The notes under the pieces are model-generated. The model was given only the letters and a program-made list of their open reading frames with translations, ran no database searches and was not told the DNA's origin. Position numbers and translations under genes: made by a program. Of a DNA stretch of 64,000 nucleotides, positions 1-8,749 are shown piece by piece. Origin of the DNA: Myxococcota bacterium (lineage in GTDB: Bacteria; Myxococcota_A; UBA9160; SMWR01); assembly GCA_036274295.1 (NCBI GenBank), contig DASUFZ010000291.1, positions 3,455 to 67,454 of the forward strand, in the 5' to 3' direction. Every line of letters begins with the position of its first letter. Position 1 is the stretch's first letter.

Positions 1-1
1 C

Positions 2-79
2 GCGCACGGCACGCCGATGAAGAGCAAGGGCAAGATCCGCCGCTTCATCGACGTGGGCCGCCTCACGAAGGGCCGCTAG
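2..79 (+). CDS. 3' end of a CDS truncated by the window edge (…AHGTPMKSKGKIRRFIDVGRLTKGR*)
   Basis: Open frame with GC3-biased codons ending TAG at 77-79, followed by a strong hairpin. Product cannot be determined. Confidence 0.5.
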   Translation, partial: AHGTPMKSKGKIRRFIDVGRLTKGR

Positions 80-88
80 CCGAGAACG

Positions 89-118
89 AGCGGGCGCGGC
101 CTTCGGGCCGCGCCCGCT
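89..118. terminator. Hairpin between convergent genes, probable bidirectional terminator
   Basis: Perfect 13-bp stem AGCGGGCGCGGCC / GGCCGCGCCCGCT closed by a C(TTCG)G tetraloop. No U-tract. Confidence 0.7.
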
Positions 119-857
119 AGTCGATCGCGAGGCGCGCCAGCGCCTCGAGGCCGGGCACGTCGCACAGGGTGATCCGGCCCTTCGACGAGATGATCAGGCC
201 CTGCTCCGCCCACGCGCGGAGCTGCTTGTTGATGCTCTCGCGGCTCGTTCCGACCATCTCGCCGAGCTCCTGCTGGGAGAGCGGCAGGTCGATCTCGATG
301 CCCTCCCGCGTCTTGCGGGCGTAGCGCTGCGCCAGCGAGACGAGCTTCTTCGCGAGCCGCGCGCGCAGCGCGAGCAGCACGGAATCCTCGGCGAGCTCCG
401 AGAGCCGGCGCAGGCGCGCCGCCAGCAGCTCCGCCAGCTCGATCGCGACGCGCGGATGCTTCTCGAGGAACGGGAAGAAGTCGCGCCGGTCGAGCACGAG
501 GAGCTCCGACGGCTCGATCGCGACGATGGTTGCCGAGCGCGGGTTCGAATCGAGCAACGCGATCTCGCCGATCACCTCGCCGGGATCGCACACGTTGAAG
601 ACGATCTCCTTGCCGTCGGCGCCGGATGCGACCGCCTTGACCCGCCCCGACAGCACGCCGTAGAGCTGGCGGCCCGCCTCGCCCTTGCGGAAGAGCACTT
701 CGCCCGAGCCGAGCCTGCGGGTGCTGGTCGCGCGCACGAGCGCGTCGAGCGAGCGCTCGTCCAGCGACGAGAAGATCTCCAGGTTCGCGAGCAGGCGCCG
801 CCGGTCGAGCGGGCGTCCGTTCTCGCCGCCGTTCTCCCGATCCGCGCCACCCGTCAC
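117..857 (-). CDS. Crp/Fnr family transcriptional regulator
   Basis: cNMP-binding motif GEVIGEIALLDSNPRSAT and C-terminal HTH LSQQELGEMVGTSRESINKQL. GTG start at 857 is approximate. Confidence 0.93.
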   Translation of the reverse strand: MTGGADRENGGENGRPLDRRRLLANLEIFSSLDERSLDALVRATSTRRLGSGEVLFRKGEAGRQLYGVLSGRVKAVASGADGKEIVFNVCDPGEVIGEIALLDSNPRSATIVAIEPSELLVLDRRDFFPFLEKHPRVAIELAELLAARLRRLSELAEDSVLLALRARLAKKLVSLAQRYARKTREGIEIDLPLSQQELGEMVGTSRESINKQLRAWAEQGLIISSKGRITLCDVPGLEALARLAID

Positions 858-882
858 GGGTCCGCCTCTCGCCTCGTGCGCC

Positions 883-1800
883 TCAACGCGGCGCAAAGGC
901 CGCGAAGAGCTCCTCGAAGGCGTTCATCTGGTTGCCGTGCGCCGACGACGGCACCAGGATGGGAGTCGTGACGCCCGCCGCGCGCCAGGCCTCGACGCCG
1001 TCGCGCACTTCCGTCGCGGTGCCGAAGAGCGTCACGTCGGCCAGCCAGCGGTCGCTCATCAGGCGGGTCAGGTCCTCGCCGCGCCCCGACGCGACCGCCT
1101 TCTCGATGGCGGTCATCTCCTCGACGTAGCCGGCTTCTTTCCAGTAGTTCCGGTAGTTCGGCAGCGACACGTACATGACGAGCGTGCGCCGGTTGCGCTC
1201 CATGGCCGCCGCGCGGTCGTCGGAGATGCAGACCGGGATCATGTCGCCGACGAAGAAGCCCGGGTCGCGGCGCCGCGACGGCGGCAGCGCCTCGAGCGAG
1301 CGCGCGACGTGCGAGCGCGCGACGTTCGCGAAGACGAGTCCGTCCGCGACCTCGCCGGCCAGCGCCACCATGCGCCGGCGCAGGGCGGCGAGCACGACCG
1401 GCGGCAGCTCGCCGACGCGCTGCGTGGCGCGCAGCTCCTCGACGAAGCGGCGCGCGTCCTCCAGCGGGCGTCCGGTGCGGATCCCCATGCGGCGGTTCAC
1501 CGGCGCGTGGCTCACGCCGACACCGAAGCGGAAGCGGCCGCCCGACAGCTCGTGGATGAATGCCGCGCTGATCGCGTAGTCGCTCGCGTGTCGCGTGTAC
1601 AGGTTCGCGATGGCCGTGCCGAACGGGATGCGCTTCGTCACCAGCGCGAGCGCCTCGCACAGCCCCATCGCGTCGCCGAAGCTCGCGCAGTAGATGCCCT
1701 GGAAGCCGCGATTCTCGATCTCGGCGGCGAGCTCGAGCGTGGCGCGCCGGCGGCCCGGGACGGCTGCAAGTGCGACGGCGGGAAGCGAGGGGTCCGACAC
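883..1800 (-). CDS. LLM-class (luciferase-like) flavin/F420-dependent oxidoreductase
   Basis: TKRIPFGTAIAN, ELSGGRFRFGVGVS and ALAGEVADG motifs. Confidence 0.88.
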   Translation of the reverse strand: MSDPSLPAVALAAVPGRRRATLELAAEIENRGFQGIYCASFGDAMGLCEALALVTKRIPFGTAIANLYTRHASDYAISAAFIHELSGGRFRFGVGVSHAPVNRRMGIRTGRPLEDARRFVEELRATQRVGELPPVVLAALRRRMVALAGEVADGLVFANVARSHVARSLEALPPSRRRDPGFFVGDMIPVCISDDRAAAMERNRRTLVMYVSLPNYRNYWKEAGYVEEMTAIEKAVASGRGEDLTRLMSDRWLADVTLFGTATEVRDGVEAWRAAGVTTPILVPSSAHGNQMNAFEELFAAFAPR

Positions 1801-1814
1801 CGCGCGCCAGCCTA

Positions 1815-2648
1815 TCACGCTCCGCCGGATCCGGAGCGCCGGAATCCGCTCTGTCCGTCACCCGGCGGGGTCAGCTCGTAGCTCGCGGAGAGTCCGCCGT
1901 CGATCGCAATCTCCTCGCCGTTCACGAAGCTCGACTCGTCGGAGGCGAGGTAGACGATCAGCGGGGCGATCGCCTCGGGCTGCGCCAGCTCGACGCTGCG
2001 GCGGAACGCCGCTGCGGCTTCGGGGTTCGTATCCATGTCGACGCCAGTGCTCTCCTTCACGGCCGCGCGCATGAGGCGCGTCTCCACGCCGCCCGGATGG
2101 ATCGAGTTGCAGCGGATCGCCTCGCCGCGCTGGCGGCAGTGGAGCGACACCGTCTTCGTGAGCGAGCGCACGGCGCCCTTGCTGGCGCTGTAGGCCGCGT
2201 AGATCGGCGTGCCGCGCAGGGCAGCGAGCGACGAGACGTTGACGATCGAGCCGCCGCCCGCGCGCCGCATCGCGGGGATGGCGTGCTTGCAACCGAGGAA
2301 GACGCCCTCGGCGTTGACGGCGTGGATGCGCCGCCACTGCTCGAGCGTGGTGTCCTCGATCGTCGCGACGACGATGATGCCCGCGTTGTTGACTAGCACG
2401 TCGAGCTTCCCGAAGCGCGACTCGGTGTCGGAGATCAACCGCACCCAGCTCGCCTCGTCGCACACGTCGTGCATCGCGAAGAGCACCTTGCCGCCGAGCT
2501 CCTTGGCGAGCGCCTCTCCGCGCTCGCGGTCGACGTCGGCCGCCACCACGGCGGCGCCCTCCGCCGCCAGCATCCGCACCGTCGCCGCGCCGATCCCCGA
2601 CGCCCCGCCCGTCACGATCGCCACCTTGCCTTCGACTCGTCCCGCCAT
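1815..2648 (-). CDS. Short-chain dehydrogenase/reductase (3-beta-HSD/cyclopentanol DH-like)
   Basis: TGGASGIG, NNAG, YSASK and NSIHPG motifs. Confidence 0.93.
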   Translation of the reverse strand: MAGRVEGKVAIVTGGASGIGAATVRMLAAEGAAVVAADVDRERGEALAKELGGKVLFAMHDVCDEASWVRLISDTESRFGKLDVLVNNAGIIVVATIEDTTLEQWRRIHAVNAEGVFLGCKHAIPAMRRAGGGSIVNVSSLAALRGTPIYAAYSASKGAVRSLTKTVSLHCRQRGEAIRCNSIHPGGVETRLMRAAVKESTGVDMDTNPEAAAAFRRSVELAQPEAIAPLIVYLASDESSFVNGEEIAIDGGLSASYELTPPGDGQSGFRRSGSGGA

Positions 2649-2672
2649 GGCTTCCTCCGAACGGCTGGGCCT

Positions 2673-3875
2673 CTACGAGGCCTCGCCGCGACTCGCTGCC
2701 CTCTCCACCTCGCCGAGCACCCGCAGCAGATTCTCGCCGAGCACCTTGCGCACGACCTCCGGAGCATGGCCGCGCTCGAGCAGTCCGCGGGTCAGCGCCG
2801 GCAGGTGGCTCACGTCCTCCATGCCGCGCGGCATGGAGGGCACGCCGTCCCAGTCCGCGCCGAGGCCGACGTGATCCGGCCCCGCCACCTCGATCGCGTG
2901 GTCGAAGTGGTCGAGCAGCACCGAGAGGTCTGCCCGCGGGACCTCGACCTCGCGGAAGAGCGCGCGCATGGCGCGCATGCGCGCGACCGGATCGTCCGCG
3001 TACTGCTCGCGCAGCGCCGCGAAGCGGGGCGCGAAGCCGACGAAGAGCTGGCGCAGCGGCTCGACGAGCGAGGCGTCGATGTAGCCGGAGTAGAAGTTGA
3101 TCATCACCACGCCGCCGTTCTTCGCGAGCGCCCGCAGCATGTCGTCCGACAGGTTGCGCGGGTGGTTCGCGACGGCGCGCGTCGCCGAGTGCGACGCGAT
3201 CACCGGCGCGCGCGTCACCCGCAGCACGTCCTCGAAGGTCGCGTCCGAGACGTGCGAGACGTCGACCAGCATGCCGAGCCGATTCATCTCGCGGACGACG
3301 TCCTCGCCGAAGGGCGTGAGGCCCCCATGCTTCGGCGGCAGCGGCTCGTTCGTGCCGGCCGAGTCGGCCCAGCTCGTGTGGAACGAGTGCGTGAGCGTCA
3401 TGTAGCGGACGCCGAGCCGGTAGTAGGTGCGCAGCACCGGCAGGCTGTCCTCGATGATGTGCCCGCCCTCGACGCCCATCAGGCAGGCGATGCGCCCCTG
3501 CGACGCCGCGCGGCGGATCTCGTCGGCGGTCGTCGCGAGCGCGAGATCGCGCGGGTGCTTCCGCACCAGCTCGTGCACCGCGTCGATGCGGGCGATCGCC
3601 TCGCGGACGGCGCGCCCGCTGCCCGGCGTCTCGCCCATGTAGATCGACCAGAACTGCGCGTCGAGCCCGCCCTCGCGCATGCGCGGCAGGTCCTCGTTGC
3701 CCTCTTCGTGGCGCTCGTCGAAGCGCCACTCCGGATCCTCGAACCAGGGCGTGGTGTCGGAGTGCGTGTCGACGACGATGGCGTCGCGGTGGAGCGCCAG
3801 GGCGGCATCGCGCTCGCCCTGCCCGCAAGCGGCGCCGAGCAGAGCCATCAGCGCGATCGGCGCGAAGGTGCGCAC
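2673..3875 (-). CDS. Membrane dipeptidase (peptidase M19), predicted lipoprotein
   Basis: DTHSD, EGGH, YMTLTH, DVSH, IASHS and GLGADWDG motifs. Lipobox LGAAC. The real start lies within the longer 2673..5189 ORF. Confidence 0.9.
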   Translation of the reverse strand: MRTFAPIALMALLGAACGQGERDAALALHRDAIVVDTHSDTTPWFEDPEWRFDERHEEGNEDLPRMREGGLDAQFWSIYMGETPGSGRAVREAIARIDAVHELVRKHPRDLALATTADEIRRAASQGRIACLMGVEGGHIIEDSLPVLRTYYRLGVRYMTLTHSFHTSWADSAGTNEPLPPKHGGLTPFGEDVVREMNRLGMLVDVSHVSDATFEDVLRVTRAPVIASHSATRAVANHPRNLSDDMLRALAKNGGVVMINFYSGYIDASLVEPLRQLFVGFAPRFAALREQYADDPVARMRAMRALFREVEVPRADLSVLLDHFDHAIEVAGPDHVGLGADWDGVPSMPRGMEDVSHLPALTRGLLERGHAPEVVRKVLGENLLRVLGEVERAASRGEAS

Positions 3876-3889
3876 GCGTCGGCGCGGCG

Positions 3890-5152
3890 TCAGCCGAGCT
3901 CCGCGAGCGGCACGACGCGCGTCGTCGGCGTCGGCGGGTCGCCGTCCGGGAGCAGGAAGCGCCAGTAGATGGTGCCGCTGCGACGCCCGGAGGTGTCGAG
4001 CCAGTTCGGGACGCCCGGGTCGCGGTGCGCGATGACGATGCGGTACGCGCCGCCCTCGCCGAGCTGCATCTGCTTGCGGTTGAGCGAGATGCGCCGCCAC
4101 GGGTACTCGAAGGTCTGGAGATAGCGGTTCCAGAGCATCACGTTGGCGAAGCGGCAGGCGGGCATGCGGCCCTCGATCACCAGCGCCTGGTCGGGCTCGA
4201 GCAGGAACGGCCCCATCGAGTAGGCGTTGTCGACCGCGCCGAAGCCGCCGAACTTCGGATCCCACTTCATGGGCTTGCCGAGCGTGTTCGGCACCACCGA
4301 GACGAACGGGGGCAGCTTCTTCGGATCCGGGATCGGCTGGCCGAGGGTCGCGCCGCGCACGAAGTTCGCGACCCAGCGCGCGCGCTGCGCGACGAAGGCG
4401 TCGTCGGGGCGCGGCGGCGGCCCCGGGTCGACGAGCGGCTCGATCGAGAGCGGCACGAAGATGGCGGGATCCGCGGCCGCCGACGTCTCGTTCTCGAAGT
4501 AGTGTCGCGTCGTGACGGTGCCGGCGTCGGGCTCGAGGCGCAGCCAGTTGCCGGGCTGCTTCTCCGCGGACACGGCGATCTCGTAGCTGCCGTCCGGCGC
4601 GATCTGCATCTCCTTGTCGGAGAGCGCCGAGACGACGCGCTTCGGGTAGCTGCCGTCCGCATTGCCGCCCTCGATGCTGAACGACGTGTACACGGCGCCC
4701 GCCGTCTTGCCGCGGACGCGGTAGGCGCGGTCCCCGCGCACCGGCGCGCTGAAGTAGATCGCGTCGGGGTTGTCGCCGAGGAACTTGCGCGCGGGCGTGA
4801 CGATGCGCGTGAAGACGGGGCGCTCGGCGTCGCGCTCCGCGTACTGGTCGAGACCGCCCCACAGGAGCTGGAGCAGGAAGCGCTGGCCGTCGACGACGTC
4901 CTCCGGCGTGCGCACGCCGCGCGCCGGCGTGAAGTACTCCGCGTCGACCTGCCGCAGCGCATCGAGCAGCTCGCCGAACGCGCGCTGGCTCTCGAGCGGA
5001 GGAGCGGACGCGCCGGCGTCTTGCGCCGCCTGCGCGAACGCCGCGCCTCCGAGCGGGAGCACCGTCGCGGCGCCGGCGATGCCGAATGCCTTCAGCAGCT
5101 CGCGGCGCTCGAGACCCGCCGGTCGCCCTGCATCCTGAGGGTCGCGCTGCAT
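3890..5152 (-). CDS. Tat-exported DUF1214-type protein
   Basis: Twin-arginine ERRELLK plus an AFA cleavage site. GDNPDAIY, PGNWL and DPGVPNWLDTSG motifs are typical of DUF1214 proteins. Confidence 0.75.
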   Translation of the reverse strand: MQRDPQDAGRPAGLERRELLKAFGIAGAATVLPLGGAAFAQAAQDAGASAPPLESQRAFGELLDALRQVDAEYFTPARGVRTPEDVVDGQRFLLQLLWGGLDQYAERDAERPVFTRIVTPARKFLGDNPDAIYFSAPVRGDRAYRVRGKTAGAVYTSFSIEGGNADGSYPKRVVSALSDKEMQIAPDGSYEIAVSAEKQPGNWLRLEPDAGTVTTRHYFENETSAAADPAIFVPLSIEPLVDPGPPPRPDDAFVAQRARWVANFVRGATLGQPIPDPKKLPPFVSVVPNTLGKPMKWDPKFGGFGAVDNAYSMGPFLLEPDQALVIEGRMPACRFANVMLWNRYLQTFEYPWRRISLNRKQMQLGEGGAYRIVIAHRDPGVPNWLDTSGRRSGTIYWRFLLPDGDPPTPTTRVVPLAELG

Positions 5153-5218
5153 CTTGTGATTGCCTCCGTGACTTCGCGCGCGCGATCATACGAGAATTCG
5201 ACGAGCGGAGGACACGCG

Positions 5219-5752
5219 ATGAAGCTCGATCCCAGCAAGACCTGGCGTCCGGTGGAGGCGCGCCTCGCGCGCGAGCGCGACCCGCGCAAGCGGCGGATTC
5301 TCGAGACCCTGCTCGCGCACATGAAGGCCGAGGCCGCCGGTGACCTCGACGCCCTGATGGCGACCGTCGCGGAGAACGCGCACTACCACGCCTACGGCAG
5401 CGACGACCCCATCTTCAGCCCGCGCGGCAAGGAGGAGGTCCGCAAGTTCTACTCGGCCTACGTCGCGTCGGGGGCGCACCGCCTGGAGTTCGAGGTCGAC
5501 CGCCTCGTCGTCGACGACGACTGCGTGCTGACCGAGGGCACGATGCGCATCGCCTATCCCGGCAACCTGCTGCGCTTCATGGGCCACGAGATCGACGACC
5601 CCGACGCGTTCTACCTCTACGTGACGCGCATGGCCGTCGTGTGGCCGATGGACGAGCAGGGCCTCGTGATCGGCGAGGACACCTACAACGCGAGCGACGG
5701 CTTCGCGGGCATCGCGAGCCGCAAGGTCAGCGCCGAGGATCTCGCCGCCTAG
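5219..5752 (+). CDS. SnoaL-like/NTF2-family protein
   Basis: GGAGG RBS, HMKAEAAGDLDALMATV and RGKEEVRKFY motifs. Confidence 0.8.
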   Translation: MKLDPSKTWRPVEARLARERDPRKRRILETLLAHMKAEAAGDLDALMATVAENAHYHAYGSDDPIFSPRGKEEVRKFYSAYVASGAHRLEFEVDRLVVDDDCVLTEGTMRIAYPGNLLRFMGHEIDDPDAFYLYVTRMAVVWPMDEQGLVIGEDTYNASDGFAGIASRKVSAEDLAA

Positions 5753-5859
5753 TTCTGCCGGACCTTCGCGCTCGCTGATCGCTCGCGCTCGGGCATTCCG
5801 GCCTTCGTTCGGCTTCGCCTCACTGCGCGTCGGCCGACATGTGTCGGCCTCCTTGCTAG
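5749..5859 (+). repeat. Dispersed ~100-bp intergenic repeat, copy 1 (CTAG-flanked)
   Basis: Near-identical to 30503-30609 and to the reverse complement of 12847-12953. Terminal hairpin GGCCGACA-TG-TGTCGGCC. Confidence 0.85.
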
Positions 5860-6812
5860 AAGGCGAAGCGTTCTCCGACCATCTCCTCGGAGACGCGCCA
5901 CAGCTTCTCGGCGGCAGCCGCGTCGAGCGCCCACGCCTCGACGCCGCCCTCGTCCTCGGGCGACTTGCGCAGCTCCGCGACGTGACAGTCCTCGAGGTAG
6001 AGCCCGCCGCGGCCCTCGAGCTCCGGCGCGGTCGCGGCCCACGTCGACGTGGCGGCGCCGGACGGCACCGTCTTCCACTCCATGCGCCCGCCCGGCGAGC
6101 GCGCCTGGAGCTGCTTGATGTCATCGGGCGAGAGATGGCGGCCGAGCTCCGTCACGATCGCGCCCGGGTGCAGCGCGTTCGCGCGCACGCCGGCGCTGCG
6201 CAGGCGGCGGTCGAGCTCGACGGCGAAGAGCACGTTCGCGGTCTTCGACTGGCCGTAGCTCGACCACTTGTCGTAGGCGCGCCGCTCGAAGTGGATGTCC
6301 TCGAAGACCACCGGCGAGAAGCGATGGCCGCGCGAGCTGACGGAGACGACGCGCGCCGGCGCGCCGGCGCGCAGCGCGGGCGCGAGCAGGCCGGTGAGCA
6401 GGAAGTGGCCGAGGTGGTTCGTCGCGAACTGCATCTCGTAGCCCTGCGCGGTGCGCGCGAGCGGACAAGCCATCACGCCGGCGTTGTTGATCAGCGCGGT
6501 GAGCGGCGCGTTCTTCGCGAGGAACGCCTTCGCGAACTCGCGCACGCTGCGCGGATCGTCGAGCGCGAGCGCCATCACCTCGAGGCGGTCGTTGCCGGTC
6601 GACTTGCGGATCGAATCGACGACCTCGCGCCCCTTCGGCAGGTCGCGCGCCGTGAGAGTCACGCGCGCGCCGCGCTCGGCGAGGGCGCGCGCCGTCTCCG
6701 CGCCGAGCCCTCCCGACGCGCCGGTGACGAGCGCGTGCATGCGCGAGAGGTCGAGGCCCGCGACGACCTCCGATGCGGTCGAGTTCTTGTCGAACGAACG
6801 AGCGCTGGCCAC
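5856..6812 (-). CDS. SDR oxidoreductase (retinol dehydrogenase/WWOX-like)
   Basis: TGASGGLG, INNAGVM, QFATNHLGHF and YGQSKTAN motifs. Confidence 0.93.
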   Translation of the reverse strand: MASARSFDKNSTASEVVAGLDLSRMHALVTGASGGLGAETARALAERGARVTLTARDLPKGREVVDSIRKSTGNDRLEVMALALDDPRSVREFAKAFLAKNAPLTALINNAGVMACPLARTAQGYEMQFATNHLGHFLLTGLLAPALRAGAPARVVSVSSRGHRFSPVVFEDIHFERRAYDKWSSYGQSKTANVLFAVELDRRLRSAGVRANALHPGAIVTELGRHLSPDDIKQLQARSPGGRMEWKTVPSGAATSTWAATAPELEGRGGLYLEDCHVAELRKSPEDEGGVEAWALDAAAAEKLWRVSEEMVGERFAF

Positions 6813-6891
6813 TGGGATCCTCCTCGGACGGGGCGCAGGCCCTTCTCTACCATCCGCCGCGCCGCGGGATCAAGTGCGCGAGGAGGGATGC

Positions 6892-7650
6892 ATGCACGCG
6901 CTGCGCGTCGAGCGCGCCGACGGCGTGGTCAGCTTGACCCTGGACCGCCCGGAGCGTCGCAATGCCATCGACGTCCCCACCTGGCACGCCCTCGCCGAGG
7001 CGCTGCGAACGATCGCCGACACGCGCGACGACCGCGTGGTCGTGCTGACGGGCGCGGGCGGAAACTTCTGCGCGGGCGGCGATCTCCAGGGCGCGGCGAG
7101 CGGCGGCGCGTCGCCGGAGGGCGCGCGTCAGGCGATGCGCGGCAGCGTCGGCGCCGCCTGCATGGCGCTGCACGCGCTGCCGAAGCCCTGCATCGCCGCG
7201 GTCGAGGGCAGCGCGGCCGGCGCGGGTGCGAACCTCGCCTTCGGCTGCGATCTCGTGGTGGCGGGCGCATCCGCGCGCTTCGGCGAGGTGTTCGTCCACC
7301 GCGGGCTGTCGGTCGACTCCGGCGGGAGCTGGCTCCTGCCGAGACTGGTGGGACTCCACCGCGCCAAGGAGCTCGTGCTCCTCGGGGACTGGATCGGCGC
7401 ACCCGACGCGGCGCAGATGGGCCTCGTGAACCGGGTCGTGCCCGACGGCAACGCGCTCGCGGAGGCGGGCGCGCTCGCGCGGCGACTCGCCGCCTCTTCC
7501 CCGGTCGCGCTGGCGCGCTCGAAGCGCGCGCTCGACGCCGCCTTCGCGCGGAGCTTCGAAGAGGCGCTCGACGACGAGGCCGACGCGATCGTCGAATGCG
7601 TCGCGAGCCCGGAGTTCGCGGAGGCGATGCGTAAATTCGCGAAGCGCTGA
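6892..7650 (+). CDS. Enoyl-CoA hydratase/isomerase family protein
   Basis: LDRPERRNAI, FCAGGDL, AAGAGANLAFGCD and LLPRLVG motifs. AGGAGG RBS. Confidence 0.92.
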   Translation: MHALRVERADGVVSLTLDRPERRNAIDVPTWHALAEALRTIADTRDDRVVVLTGAGGNFCAGGDLQGAASGGASPEGARQAMRGSVGAACMALHALPKPCIAAVEGSAAGAGANLAFGCDLVVAGASARFGEVFVHRGLSVDSGGSWLLPRLVGLHRAKELVLLGDWIGAPDAAQMGLVNRVVPDGNALAEAGALARRLAASSPVALARSKRALDAAFARSFEEALDDEADAIVECVASPEFAEAMRKFAKR

Positions 7651-7698
7651 CAAGCTCGGCGCGTTCCCTCCGACCGGCGCGAGGCGTATGCTGGAGCC

Positions 7699-8742
7699 GT
7701 GCTCGACGACTCCTGGGTCCACTTCATCGAGACACACACGAGCGGCGTCGTCGCTCAGGCCAAGCTCGTGGCGAGCGGCGCCTCGCGGCGCACCTGGCTC
7801 GTCGACGTCGAGAAGGGCGGGCGCACGCTCGAGCTGGTGCTGCGCTGCGACGGCGGCGACGGCCCCTTCCGCGGCAGCGAGCTCGACCTCGCGCGCGAAG
7901 CCGTCGTCTACCGCGCGCTCCAGGGGCGCGGCGTGCGCATCCCGAAGCTCTACGCGGGGAACGCCTCCGCGCTGCTGCTCGAGCGCGTCCCCGGCACCGA
8001 CGCCTTCGACGCGGTGCTCGATCCGACGCGGCGCGCGGCCATCGAGCGCGATTTCTTCGTCGCGCTCGCGGAGCTCCACCTCGTGAACGCGGACCGGCTC
8101 GCGCTGCCGGGCTTCGCGGTGCCGGCCGACGGTCCCGACCATGCGCGCTGCGATCTCGACCGCTGGCGGCGCCTCGCGGCGGAGCGCGTCGGCCCCGATC
8201 CGCTCTGCGACTTCGCCGCGCGCTGGCTCGACACCAGCGCGCCGGCGGCCGATGGCACGGTCTTGTGTCACGGCGACGCCGGTCCCGGCAACTTCCTCTT
8301 CGAGGGCGAGCGCGTCACCGCGCTGCTCGACTGGGAGTTCGCGCATCTCGGCGACCCGCTCGACGACCTCGCCTGGGTCGCGATGCGCGCGCACCTGCAC
8401 GGCGGCTTCGGCGACCTGAGCGAGGGCTTCCGCGCCTGGCGCGAGGCCTCGGGCATGCGCTTCGACGTCGCGCGCGTCGAGTACTACCGGGCGCTGGTGC
8501 TGCTGCGCATGGCGATCGCCTGCCGGATCGCGCTCGCGCACGCCGAGGCGCGCGGCGCCGACACCACCGCGTACGGCCTCATGCTCCCCTACCTGCGCTG
8601 GCTGCTGCCCGACGCGCTGGCGCGCGCCGGCTGCAAGTCGCCCGAGCTCGCGCAGCTCGCGGAGCAGGGGAGCGACGCGCTCGAGCGCACGCGGGCCCTC
8701 GCCTCGCGCGCGCGCCCGCTCGAGCCGCTGCCCGCCGCCTGA
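7699..8742 (+). CDS. Aminoglycoside-phosphotransferase-family (APH) protein
   Basis: GASRRTW, CHGDAGPGNFL and LLDWEFAHLGDPLDDL motifs. Confidence 0.88.
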   Translation: MLDDSWVHFIETHTSGVVAQAKLVASGASRRTWLVDVEKGGRTLELVLRCDGGDGPFRGSELDLAREAVVYRALQGRGVRIPKLYAGNASALLLERVPGTDAFDAVLDPTRRAAIERDFFVALAELHLVNADRLALPGFAVPADGPDHARCDLDRWRRLAAERVGPDPLCDFAARWLDTSAPAADGTVLCHGDAGPGNFLFEGERVTALLDWEFAHLGDPLDDLAWVAMRAHLHGGFGDLSEGFRAWREASGMRFDVARVEYYRALVLLRMAIACRIALAHAEARGADTTAYGLMLPYLRWLLPDALARAGCKSPELAQLAEQGSDALERTRALASRARPLEPLPAA

Positions 8743-8749
8743 GGCGAGC

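Noticed and set aside
541..552. GGTTCGAATC tRNA T-loop-like motif
   Set aside because: Lies inside the Crp CDS (antisense of the DSN codons) and no cloverleaf can be formed.
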